NCBI GenBank assembly: GCA_037140955.1
Contig: JBAXDL010000003.1
Coordinates: forward strand, 27,348 to 91,347
Length of the DNA: 64,000 nucleotides
From: a bacterium
Lineage (GTDB): Bacteria > Patescibacteriota > Minisyncoccia > Moranbacterales > GWC2-37-73
Direction: 5' to 3'
Below are positions 40,703-49,010 of the stretch, one piece after another. Made by a program: the position numbers and the translations under genes. Under the pieces are notes generated by a model, which saw nothing but the letters and a program-made list of their open reading frames with translations, did not search any database and had not been told where the DNA came from. The first letter of the stretch is position 1; each line of letters opens with the position of its first letter.

Positions 40703-41248
40703 TTATATCTTAGTAATCTGCAAGAAATCAAGCTCTACAGGGGTTTCGCGTCCAAAGATTGTCACCAAAACTTTCACCTTTCCCTTCTCTTCGTCAAATT
40801 CTTGAACCTTTCCATCAAAGTCTTTAAATGGTCCTTCGTTGATTTTCACCGCATCGCCATTTTTAAGGTCAATCTTGTATTTCGGTTCAGACACTCCCAT
40901 GCGCTTTTTCAACATTTCAATTTCTTTTGGATCAACAGGGGTTGGAGTTGTACCAAGACCAATAAATCCGGTCACATTTGGCGTGTTTCGCACCACATAC
41001 CATGAAGCATCAGTCACAACCATATTAACAAGAACATAACCAGGATAAATGCGCTCTTCAATTACTGTGCGCTTGCCATTTTTGATCTTAATCTTGTTCT
41101 CCTTTGGAACCATTACATCAAAGATAAGGTCTTGCATGTCCATGGATTCAATACGCTGCTTCAAATTTCTGGTAACATTGTCTTCATAACCAGAATATGT
41201 ATGAATCACATACCAAGCTCGCCCATGATGTTGTGTCTGTTTTGCCAT
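40703..41248 (-). CDS. nusG: Transcription factor NusG
   Basis: WYVIHTYSGYE, PGYVLV, VRNTPNVTGF, IFGRETPVEL. Confidence 0.97.
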   Translation of the reverse strand: MAKQTQHHGRAWYVIHTYSGYEDNVTRNLKQRIESMDMQDLIFDVMVPKENKIKIKNGKRTVIEERIYPGYVLVNMVVTDASWYVVRNTPNVTGFIGLGTTPTPVDPKEIEMLKKRMGVSEPKYKIDLKNGDAVKINEGPFKDFDGKVQEFDEEKGKVKVLVTIFGRETPVELDFLQITKI

Positions 41249-41257
41249 AATTTAGTC

Positions 41258-41292
41258 TTAAAGTCCGTAAAGTCCGTAAAGTCCGTAAAGCT
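41258..41292. repeat. 9-mer tandem repeat (AAAGTCCGT)x3
   Basis: Three exact copies, followed by inverted-like CTTTATAGACT. Confidence 0.75.
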
Positions 41293-41352
41293 TATTTGAA
41301 TTTTGCTTTATAGACTCTTAACCTTATAGGCTTTTATCTTGAAATTTATTTC

Positions 41353-41538
41353 TTACTTGATAATATATGTCTTTAGGATATAACCAAAAATCCAGTCTAA
41401 TCCGCCCAAAAATCCTGCCACAATAACGCTTACAGCCACCACTAGCAGCGTGTAATTTATTGTTTGTTTTTTTGTTGGCCAATTCACTTTCAGCATTTCT
41501 GCCTTAGCTTCAAGGAAAAATTGTATAGCCTTGTTCAT
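41353..41538 (-). CDS. secE: Preprotein translocase SecE
   Basis: EMLKVNWPT, single TM, GGLD; upstream of nusG. Confidence 0.92.
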   Translation of the reverse strand: MNKAIQFFLEAKAEMLKVNWPTKKQTINYTLLVVAVSVIVAGFLGGLDWIFGYILKTYIIK

Positions 41539-41663
41539 AAGGGTATTTTTTTGAGTTTTTTAAAAAGCCCTGGGGGCTTTCTTTATTCAAAGTCTACACT
41601 AAAGGCACTTATCTGTCAATATTTTTCAAATAAAAATATCCCCAAAGAGGGATATTAAATAGG

Positions 41664-41737
41664 TGGGCTTATCAAGATTCGAACTTGAGACCTCGTCATT
41701 ATCAGTGACGCGCTCTAACCAGCTGAGCTATAAGCCC
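41664..41737 (-). tRNA. tRNA-Ile(GAT)
   Basis: GGGCTTATAGCTCAGCTGGTTAGAGCG..CTGATAA..GTTCGAATC..AAGCCCA cloverleaf. Confidence 0.95.
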
Positions 41738-41784
41738 ATAAAATTTGCAAAAACTGCGTGATAAGCGCAGTAAATTCTATGTTG

Positions 41785-41857
41785 TGGACCGGACAGGACT
41801 TGAACCCGCTACCTCCTCAGTGCAAATGAGGCGCTCTACCAGGTGAGCTACCGGCCC
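41785..41857 (-). tRNA. tRNA-Ala(TGC)
   Basis: GGGCCGGTAGCTCACCTGGTAGAGCG..TTTGCAC..GGTTCAAGTC..CCGGTCCA; G3:U70 present. Confidence 0.95.
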
Positions 41858-41867
41858 ATAAATATTT

Positions 41868-41944
41868 GGATTTGAGCCTGCACCTCCTCAATGCAAGAGA
41901 TTGAGAACATGTGAGCAATCTCCGCTCTGATGATTTACCGGCCC
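41868..41944 (-). pseudogene. Degenerate tRNA-Ala-like sequence
   Basis: Shares GGGCCGGTA, AGAGCG, TTGCA-TGAGGAGGT and a T-arm-like GGCTCAAATCC with the neighbouring tRNA-Ala; has a hairpin insertion and no 3' acceptor strand. Confidence 0.6.
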
Positions 41945-42159
41945 ATAAATGAGCTACAGAAATAATTATAACAAAAAGAAAAAATTTGTCCATAGCTAAA
42001 TAACAATTAAACAAAAATTGCTATATTTGACATTAATTTTAGATATATTATGCTTGAAATACATATTGATATAGTTCATTACTAAAGAAGCTAAGGGAGG
42101 TGAATCTGGAAATATTTTTGCAAAGCTGAAGCACACATCAAAAAACCGGAGGCGCAAAA

Positions 42160-42495
42160 ATGAGAGGTGTCCAGAAGAAAAACAAGATCAAAAAGCAGGT
42201 AGAAAAAGTTCTTGACCGCAACGAGAATTTGGCCGATGGAGAGCAAAAAAAGATCCTAACAGAGCAAGAGATCAAAAAAGCTCGAGCCAGGCCACTTTCA
42301 GTTCATGGCAAAAAAGCCCTGCGAGAACTCGAAACCCAAAAAACCGGACCCAAAACCTTTAGTGATTTTATCATCAAAAAGGCTGAGGAAAAGGGATTAA
42401 AAGTTCCAACCAACAGAGAAGAAGCCAGAAAACATGCCAGCAATAAACTTAGGGCAACTCCTTGCCCTACTGCATTTTGGCTGTCCCAACAATGA
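42160..42495 (+). CDS. Hypothetical basic protein
   Basis: TTGACA at 42028, SD GGAGG, terminator at 42502-42529. Confidence 0.55.
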   Translation: MRGVQKKNKIKKQVEKVLDRNENLADGEQKKILTEQEIKKARARPLSVHGKKALRELETQKTGPKTFSDFIIKKAEEKGLKVPTNREEARKHASNKLRATPCPTAFWLSQQ

Positions 42496-42501
42496 AAAAA
42501 C

Positions 42502-42529
42502 AAAGCCCGACGGAAATCCGCCGGGCTTT
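42502..42529. terminator. Intrinsic terminator
   Basis: AAAGCCCGACGGAAATCCGCCGGGCTTT between convergent genes. Confidence 0.7.
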
Positions 42530-42554
42530 AAAATTATCTCAGAATATAGAAGAT

Positions 42555-43484
42555 TTAATTTTGTTTCTTCAAAAATTCCTGCACACTGTGCGCTGCAATT
42601 GCACCTTCGCTTGCAGCTGTGATGATTTGCTTGAACTTGTCAGAGCCAGTAGTTATGTCACCAGCCGCCCAAATCCCCTTCTTGCTAGTTCTTCCCGATG
42701 GATCAACTTTGATATAATTTTGCTCATCCAAATCTATTTCCAAATTCTTTATCAAATCAATATTTGGATCTGAACCAATTTCTGCAAATATTCCATCGAC
42801 TTTCAATAGTTCGCTGCCCTTATGTGAAGCATCTAAAAGCAATTCTTCAACTTTCATTTCGCCCTTTATTTCCTTAACATTGGTCATGAAAATATTTTCA
42901 ATCTTTGGATTTTTTGCTATAGCCTGAGCCCAAAATGATTCGCACCTGAGCTTATCTCCTCGATAAATCAAATATACTTTTTCAGTAAGATCACCCAAAT
43001 ACACAGCTGCACCAGCAGCACTATCATTTCCACCAACAATTGCCACGGTTTTACCTCGATAAAAAAACCCATCGCATGTTGCACAATATGAAACACCTTT
43101 TCCAATAAATTCTTTTTCTCCAGGCACTCCAAGGTGACGATGTTTTGTTCCCATGGCAAGCAATATTGTCTTTGCTTGAATTTTTTGACCATCACTCAAA
43201 AACAAAACATATCCCTCCTCTTTTTGCTCAATCTCATCAACCATTGCAACCAAAACAGTTGCCTTGTCATAACTTTTGGCGTGAGCATCTGCTTTTTGAG
43301 CAAACTCAAAGCCAGCAATTTTTTCGCTTCCAAGCCAATTGCCAATTTCATGTGTTTGGGTGGTCAATCCTCCTGCGATGCCACCGATCACCACATTAGA
43401 AATTCCATAGCGCGAGGCATAGACTGAAGCAGAAAAACCAGCAGGGCCAGCACCAATAATTGCAAGATCGTATGTATTATTCAT
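42555..43484 (-). CDS. trxB: Thioredoxin reductase
   Basis: GAGPAG, GVSYCATCDG, VGGNDSA, AAGD, QIITAASEG. Confidence 0.9.
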   Translation of the reverse strand: MNNTYDLAIIGAGPAGFSASVYASRYGISNVVIGGIAGGLTTQTHEIGNWLGSEKIAGFEFAQKADAHAKSYDKATVLVAMVDEIEQKEEGYVLFLSDGQKIQAKTILLAMGTKHRHLGVPGEKEFIGKGVSYCATCDGFFYRGKTVAIVGGNDSAAGAAVYLGDLTEKVYLIYRGDKLRCESFWAQAIAKNPKIENIFMTNVKEIKGEMKVEELLLDASHKGSELLKVDGIFAEIGSDPNIDLIKNLEIDLDEQNYIKVDPSGRTSKKGIWAAGDITTGSDKFKQIITAASEGAIAAHSVQEFLKKQN

Positions 43485-43514
43485 AATTTTATAAAATTTT
43501 CAGCTTTTGGCTGA

Positions 43515-43805
43515 TCATCCTCTGGATGACATCTTAAATAAGCTTTTTAAATATTTTTCATCTATTTCTTTTTTTCCCTCAAAATTGCAAATAAAATCAT
43601 TTTTAAGTAGTTCAACTCCAATCATTGAAACAGCCTCGCGTATTGCTGTTATTTGCGTGATCACATCAATGCATTGTTTTTCCTCTTCAATCATTCTGCG
43701 AATCCCCTTGAGTTGCCCTTCAACTCGCGAAATTCTGTTGCCAATCTTCTCTTTTATTTTTTCTTTGTCACTTTTTGTGACAATTTTTTTAGCAATCTTT
43801 TTCAT
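43515..43805 (-). CDS. CsoR/RcnR/CstR family transcriptional repressor
   Basis: RISRVEGQLKGIRRMIEEEKQCIDVITQITA. Confidence 0.88.
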   Translation of the reverse strand: MKKIAKKIVTKSDKEKIKEKIGNRISRVEGQLKGIRRMIEEEKQCIDVITQITAIREAVSMIGVELLKNDFICNFEGKKEIDEKYLKSLFKMSSRG

Positions 43806-43836
43806 AAAAATATCATTAGAGCTCAAAATTATTCAA

Positions 43837-43880
43837 ATACCTACTAGGGGTATAATATGATATACAATTAAAATTGTCAA
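43837..43880 (-). promoter_or_regulatory. Sigma70 promoter overlapping CsoR-type operator
   Basis: Minus strand TTGACA-17 nt-TATTAT overlapping ATACCCCTAGTAGGTAT (C/G-tract pseudo-palindrome). Confidence 0.7.
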
Positions 43881-44704
43881 AAATAATAATTTCTAAGTAT
43901 GTAAACAATAATTATAATAAAAGCCAATCCAACCCTGTACCAAAAAAATGGAGCATACCCAACTTTTGCAATAAACCTAAGCATATATTTGATCGCAAGA
44001 TATCCACTGATTGCTGCCGCAAGAATTCCAAATACAAGTGGCATTGTCATGCCTGCCTTCAAAAGATGTGGCACCTTCACAATGGCTGCGCCAAAGATTA
44101 TTGGAGTGGAAAGTAGAAAGGAAAAGCGTGCGGCCTGCTCTCGCGAAAATCCCAAAGCAAGTCCGGCCGTCATGGTTGCGCCAGAACGCGAAACACCAGG
44201 AACAATAGCAATTGCCTGAGAAAGTCCAATCAAAAAAGCATCCTTGAGTCCAAGCTTGGAAATATCCTTTCGACAAGTTGCATATTTGTCTATAAAGTAC
44301 AAAGCCAATCCAACCAACGACAAAGTCATGGCAATCAAAAGTGGACTGCGAAACATTTCTTCAACTTTTTTGTCAAACAGAAATCCAAAAATAGCCCCAG
44401 GAATTGAAGCAATCATCAGAAGCCAAAGCATGTTTGCCTGATAACTTATTGTCTTTATTGTATATTTTGTTTTCAACAAAGAATTTGAAGCTGCCTTGAA
44501 AATATCCAACCAATCTTGCCAAAAAAACCAAACAACTGCCACCAGCGTTCCAATATGCAAAGCAACATCAAAAGAAAGGCCAGGATCAGTCCAACCAAAA
44601 AACCATGGAGCCAAAATCAAATGTGCAGTTGAAGAGATTGGTAAAAATTCACCAAGACCCTGCAGGACTCCCAAAAAAATTGCTTGAAAAATATTTAGAT
44701 CCAT
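43877..44704 (-). CDS. uppP: Undecaprenyl-diphosphatase
   Basis: QGLGEFLPISSTAHL, PGVSRSGAT, RFSFLL. Confidence 0.95.
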   Translation of the reverse strand: MDLNIFQAIFLGVLQGLGEFLPISSTAHLILAPWFFGWTDPGLSFDVALHIGTLVAVVWFFWQDWLDIFKAASNSLLKTKYTIKTISYQANMLWLLMIASIPGAIFGFLFDKKVEEMFRSPLLIAMTLSLVGLALYFIDKYATCRKDISKLGLKDAFLIGLSQAIAIVPGVSRSGATMTAGLALGFSREQAARFSFLLSTPIIFGAAIVKVPHLLKAGMTMPLVFGILAAAISGYLAIKYMLRFIAKVGYAPFFWYRVGLAFIIIIVYILRNYYF

Positions 44705-44743
44705 TTTTTTATTTTTTACTTCTTATTTATTAATATTATAATC

Positions 44744-45493
44744 TTACGTCTTTTTTGTCTTTTTTCCTATTAGCAGAATGTTTTTGTTTTCCACGATCTC
44801 GCATCTTTCAATTTCATAGCCAGCTTTTTGAAAAAGCCTTTTCAACTCACGTCTTGTGAAAGCATGATGAAATCTGGCAAATTTCTTTCCTTGATTGTCA
44901 GTAAAATCAATTTCACAATCATTCCAATCAAGCAAACTCTCTCCTTTGATTTTGCTTTTCCAATTTTGCAAAATATTTTTGAAATATTTTTTTTGCTTCA
45001 CCTGCCAAATTCGCCAATCAGCAAAGAAAACTGGCCAAAGATACCAAGCAGTAATTACAACTTTGCCACCATCTTTTGTCACACGAAAAAGATCATTAGC
45101 AACAGCTTGGCGATATTCCTTTGATGGAAAATGATGAAAAACAGCAATACTATAAACAGTGTTGAAAAATCTTTCTTCGAACGCAAGAGTTTTCTTTTTT
45201 GGATCAATTTTTGAAAAGCTAATATTTTGCTCTGGATGCTTGCTCTTAGCAAGATCAATAAGACCACCAGAAACATCCACTCCCCAATATTGAACATTTT
45301 TTTCTTCAAAAAGCTCCAGCAATCGCCCATTGCCACAACCAAAATCAAGCACACTGTCGCCTTTTTTGACGTGGTCAGCAATAAATTCAAGAGAACGCCA
45401 AAAATGCTTCCTGGTTTGGGAAAATTTGATGCAAATAAGGTCATATCCAGCTTCAGTCTCATTTAGCACTTTCTGAGCAATATCTTTTTTCAT
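44744..45493 (-). CDS. Class I SAM methyltransferase, Trm9/ALKBH8-like
   Basis: FSQTR..FW, LDFGCGNGR, SIAVFHH, RFHHAF...EL. Confidence 0.75.
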   Translation of the reverse strand: MKKDIAQKVLNETEAGYDLICIKFSQTRKHFWRSLEFIADHVKKGDSVLDFGCGNGRLLELFEEKNVQYWGVDVSGGLIDLAKSKHPEQNISFSKIDPKKKTLAFEERFFNTVYSIAVFHHFPSKEYRQAVANDLFRVTKDGGKVVITAWYLWPVFFADWRIWQVKQKKYFKNILQNWKSKIKGESLLDWNDCEIDFTDNQGKKFARFHHAFTRRELKRLFQKAGYEIERCEIVENKNILLIGKKTKKT

Positions 45494-45572
45494 GTTTTAA
45501 GCATAACAAATATAGACCAAACATTCAAACACAATCCTTGCATATTATCCTGCCATATATTAGGCTTAATAA

Positions 45573-47258
45573 ATGGAAAAATACTATGACAATTATATCA
45601 AATCAGCCATCAAACAGCTTCCCGACTTTCTGGATGATTTTTCAAAACTCAAAAAAAAGCTGTCCAAGCAATACAGTATTCCACTTCCAACTAACGCAAA
45701 CTTGCGTGACAGATACAATCAACTTGTAGAAAAAAGAATCATCAAAAAGAATGAAGCTTTTGAAGACATTCTTTGCACGCGTGGAATTCGCACGCAATCA
45801 GGAGTCGCAGTGGTGGCCGTCCTCACCAAGCCCTATCCATGTCCTGGAAAATGCATCTATTGCCCAACAGAAAAAGACATGCCCAAGAGTTATCTCTCAA
45901 ATGAACCGGCAGTGATGCGCGCTATTGACTCTCAATTTGACCCCTATCGTCAAATGCAAAATCGCTTGCGCTCACTGGAGCTAAATGGGCACCGAACAGA
46001 CAAGATTGAGCTTATTGTGATGGGTGGAACTTTTTCATTCTTACCCAAAGCATATCAAAAAAAATTCATAATCAGATGCTTTGCTGGGGCCAATGAATTT
46101 AAAAACAAAAGACAAAATTCAAAAGACAAAATTCAAAAGAGCCCACAAGAGCAATTGCAATTTGAGCAAAAAAGAAATGAAACCGCAAAGCAAAGAATCA
46201 TCGGGCTCACACTTGAAACAAGACCGGACTATATTAACGAAAAAGAAATTTTAAACTTCAGAGAACTTGGCTGCACGCGAGTTGAACTTGGGGTGCAGAG
46301 TATTTATGATGATGTGCTCGAATTCAACAAGCGTGGCCATCTTGTGAGCGAAACAATCAGAGCCACTAAGCTGCTCAAGGATGCAGGCTTTAAGATAAAC
46401 TATCATATGATGCCAGGTCTTCCAGGCTCGAGCATTGTTCGTGATTTTGAAATGTTCAAGTCTCTTTTTGATGGACCAAATTTTCAACCAGACATGCTCA
46501 AGATATATCCAACAGTTGTGCTCAAAGATAGTGAGTTGTATGATATTTGGAAAAAGAAAAAATACATACCGCTTTCAAATGAAGCTTTTGAAAAATTGGT
46601 AGTAAGGATAAAGAATGAAGCTATTGTGCCATATGTTCGCATTGCAAGACTCATTCGCGATGTGCCGACACCATCAATCATGGCTGGACCAATGGTTTCA
46701 AACTTGAGACAAATCATCATTCCGAAGTCAAATTGTCCCTGCATTCGTTGTCGCGAAGTTGGTGCAACCTACAAAATAAAAGAAAAAATTGTTCTGGATA
46801 GAATTGACTACAAAGCTTCAGATGGTCAAGAAATTTTCTTGCAATATGTTTCGCCTGACAAAAAAAAATTATTCGCCCTTTTGCGCCTTCGAATTCCAAA
46901 CTCCTCGTGTCATTCCGGGCTTGACCCAAAATCCAGCAAGTCTCACCAAAAAACAAACGACCTGGATTCACGCCTCCGCGGAAATGACAAGCTTTATGAT
47001 CTTTTGCCAATCCTGCAAAGTGCCGCCCTTATCAGAGAGGTTCATACCTATGGAAAATTAACCAAGATAGACACGCAAGACAAAACATCTCCGCAACATA
47101 TTGGACTTGGAAAAAAACTTCTTCTTGAAGCTGAAAAAATTGCCAAAGAAGAATTTGGTATGTCAAAAATAACAGTAATTTCTGGTGTTGGTGTGCGTGG
47201 ATATTATAGAAAAAATGGATACAGGCTTAAAAATACCTATCTAACAAAAAAGATATAA
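45573..47258 (+). CDS. elp3: Elp3-type tRNA U34 carboxymethyltransferase (radical SAM + KAT)
   Basis: RTQSGVAVVAV, CPGKCIYCP, PKSY..EPA, ETRPD, ELGVQS, CIRCRE, REVHTYG, QHIGLG, ISGVGVRGYY. Confidence 0.92.
   Translation: MEKYYDNYIKSAIKQLPDFLDDFSKLKKKLSKQYSIPLPTNANLRDRYNQLVEKRIIKKNEAFEDILCTRGIRTQSGVAVVAVLTKPYPCPGKCIYCPTEKDMPKSYLSNEPAVMRAIDSQFDPYRQMQNRLRSLELNGHRTDKIELIVMGGTFSFLPKAYQKKFIIRCFAGANEFKNKRQNSKDKIQKSPQEQLQFEQKRNETAKQRIIGLTLETRPDYINEKEILNFRELGCTRVELGVQSIYDDVLEFNKRGHLVSETIRATKLLKDAGFKINYHMMPGLPGSSIVRDFEMFKSLFDGPNFQPDMLKIYPTVVLKDSELYDIWKKKKYIPLSNEAFEKLVVRIKNEAIVPYVRIARLIRDVPTPSIMAGPMVSNLRQIIIPKSNCPCIRCREVGATYKIKEKIVLDRIDYKASDGQEIFLQYVSPDKKKLFALLRLRIPNSSCHSGLDPKSSKSHQKTNDLDSRLRGNDKLYDLLPILQSAALIREVHTYGKLTKIDTQDKTSPQHIGLGKKLLLEAEKIAKEEFGMSKITVISGVGVRGYYRKNGYRLKNTYLTKKI
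46908..46989 (+). repeat. dRS3/RPE-like palindromic element in-frame in Elp3
   Basis: TGTCATTCCGGGCTTGACCCAAAATCCAG...CTGGATTCACGCCTCCGCGGAAATGACA; encodes CHSGLDPKSSKSHQKTNDLDSRLRGND. Confidence 0.7.
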
Positions 47259-47261
47259 ATT

Positions 47262-48302
47262 TTATTCTCCAGCCAGCTGACCACAGGCTGCCTTGATCTC
47301 ATCGCCAAGACTTTTTCTGATAGTTGCATGAACTTGATATTTCTCAAGTTCATTTTTAAATATTTGCGTTCTGGTTTTAGAAGAAGGTTTTAGGTTTTCA
47401 CTAGTAGCATTATATCGAATAAGATTCATATGCAAAAGATGATTATTCCCAATTGAACAAATAAAATCTGAAAGTTGTTTTGCATCAAGAGCTGTGTCGT
47501 TTATGCCATCCAGCATGATATATTCCAAAAAAACCTTACGCTTAGTGATGACAAAATAATTCTTGAGGGCATTTTTTAATGCCTCCATGTTATCCAATTT
47601 ATTTACTGGCATATACAGGTCGCGTTTTTTGTCATTAGCAAAATGCAAAGAAATTGCCAAGTTCACCTGTGGAAACTCTTGAGACATTTTTTCAATTCCT
47701 TTTGCAATTCCAGAAGTGGAAACTGAAATGCTGCGAGATCCAAAACCAAATAGCTTTTCATCAATCAAAACAGCAATACTATCTGAAACATTTTTCCAAT
47801 TATTAAAAGGCTCCCCCATTCCCATATAAACAATAGTTGAAACTTGCTCACTTTTTGCTTTTAGATTTTTGCTTTTAGATTTTAAATACTGACGCCAAAA
47901 TAAAACTTGATCAGTAATTTCTTCACAACTCAAATCACGCTTAAACCCAATTTTTCCTGTCGCGCAAAACCTGCAACCCATCGCACATCCAACCTGACAT
48001 GAAATGCAAGCTGACCATGTGTCGGGCTTTGGCGAAATCAAAACCGTTTCAATCAAATTTCCATCATTCAATTTCAAAAGCGCTTTAATTGATTGTCCAT
48101 CCTTGGCAACCAAAACCTTTTCAACATTAAAAGAAAGTAATTGCAGTTCTTGTTGCATTTTTTCTCGCAAATCCTTGGACAAAGTTGAAATTTCAGCAAA
48201 AGAAGAAACACCATCAGCAAAGATAGCTTTTGTTATTTGACCAAAACGAAATTTTGGCAAATTATTTTCCTGCAAGAAATTTTGAAGTTTTATTATATCC
48301 AT
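47262..48302 (-). CDS. rlmN: 23S rRNA/tRNA m2A methyltransferase RlmN
   Basis: CISCQVGCAMGCRFCATG, MGMGEP, AISLH, AACGQL. Confidence 0.93.
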   Translation of the reverse strand: MDIIKLQNFLQENNLPKFRFGQITKAIFADGVSSFAEISTLSKDLREKMQQELQLLSFNVEKVLVAKDGQSIKALLKLNDGNLIETVLISPKPDTWSACISCQVGCAMGCRFCATGKIGFKRDLSCEEITDQVLFWRQYLKSKSKNLKAKSEQVSTIVYMGMGEPFNNWKNVSDSIAVLIDEKLFGFGSRSISVSTSGIAKGIEKMSQEFPQVNLAISLHFANDKKRDLYMPVNKLDNMEALKNALKNYFVITKRKVFLEYIMLDGINDTALDAKQLSDFICSIGNNHLLHMNLIRYNATSENLKPSSKTRTQIFKNELEKYQVHATIRKSLGDEIKAACGQLAGE

Positions 48303-48340
48303 CTTAACTATTCTGCCTTTATATATTTATATCAAACAAA

Positions 48341-48877
48341 TCATACTATCATTACTAACAATTTAAATGCCAGCCAGCCATAAAAAAATCCCAGCAGTAT
48401 TCCAGCCAAAATATCACTAGGATAATGCATGCCATTGTGCAGACGAGAAAAGGCCATCAACAAAACAAAAGCAGCAGCACACAAAAATAGTGATGGGTAA
48501 AAACTGACAATCACAAAGAGCATGGCCACTGTTGTTGCCATGTGGCTCGATGGAAATGATGAATCAGAAAATTTCTTCCCAACTGATTTTATTAATTTTG
48601 GAAAAGAAACGAATGGCCGCTTTCGCTTGGGAACAAAAAACAGCAACAAGTGCTTAATCAAAAGCTCAGTTATTCCAAAATGCAAAATCGCAACCAGGAC
48701 AATTGCCATTAAAAATGATTTTATTATTTCGGGATGTCGTAATATTGCAACCACAGCAAGCGCTGACCAAAAAAAGGCCAGGAAAGGAATTGAATTCAAA
48801 AAAGACAAAAAAATATCCATCCTTTTTGAACCAAGGTCATTAAAATATTTTACAATTTTTATTTCAAATTTATCCAT
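48341..48877 (-). CDS. PAP2 family phosphatase
   Basis: K..RKRP, SFPSSH, SRLHNGMHYPSD. Confidence 0.88.
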   Translation of the reverse strand: MDKFEIKIVKYFNDLGSKRMDIFLSFLNSIPFLAFFWSALAVVAILRHPEIIKSFLMAIVLVAILHFGITELLIKHLLLFFVPKRKRPFVSFPKLIKSVGKKFSDSSFPSSHMATTVAMLFVIVSFYPSLFLCAAAFVLLMAFSRLHNGMHYPSDILAGILLGFFYGWLAFKLLVMIV

Positions 48878-49010
48878 CAGGCAGTAGAAATTCAAATGAG
48901 CTATGCTCAAGTAAAATTATAATTTACAAATAAAAGCTTGCCATGCAAAAAGCAATAAAAAATGATCTAGCATCATAAAAATCTTTGAATTTTCACTGCC
49001 TGATCCATTT

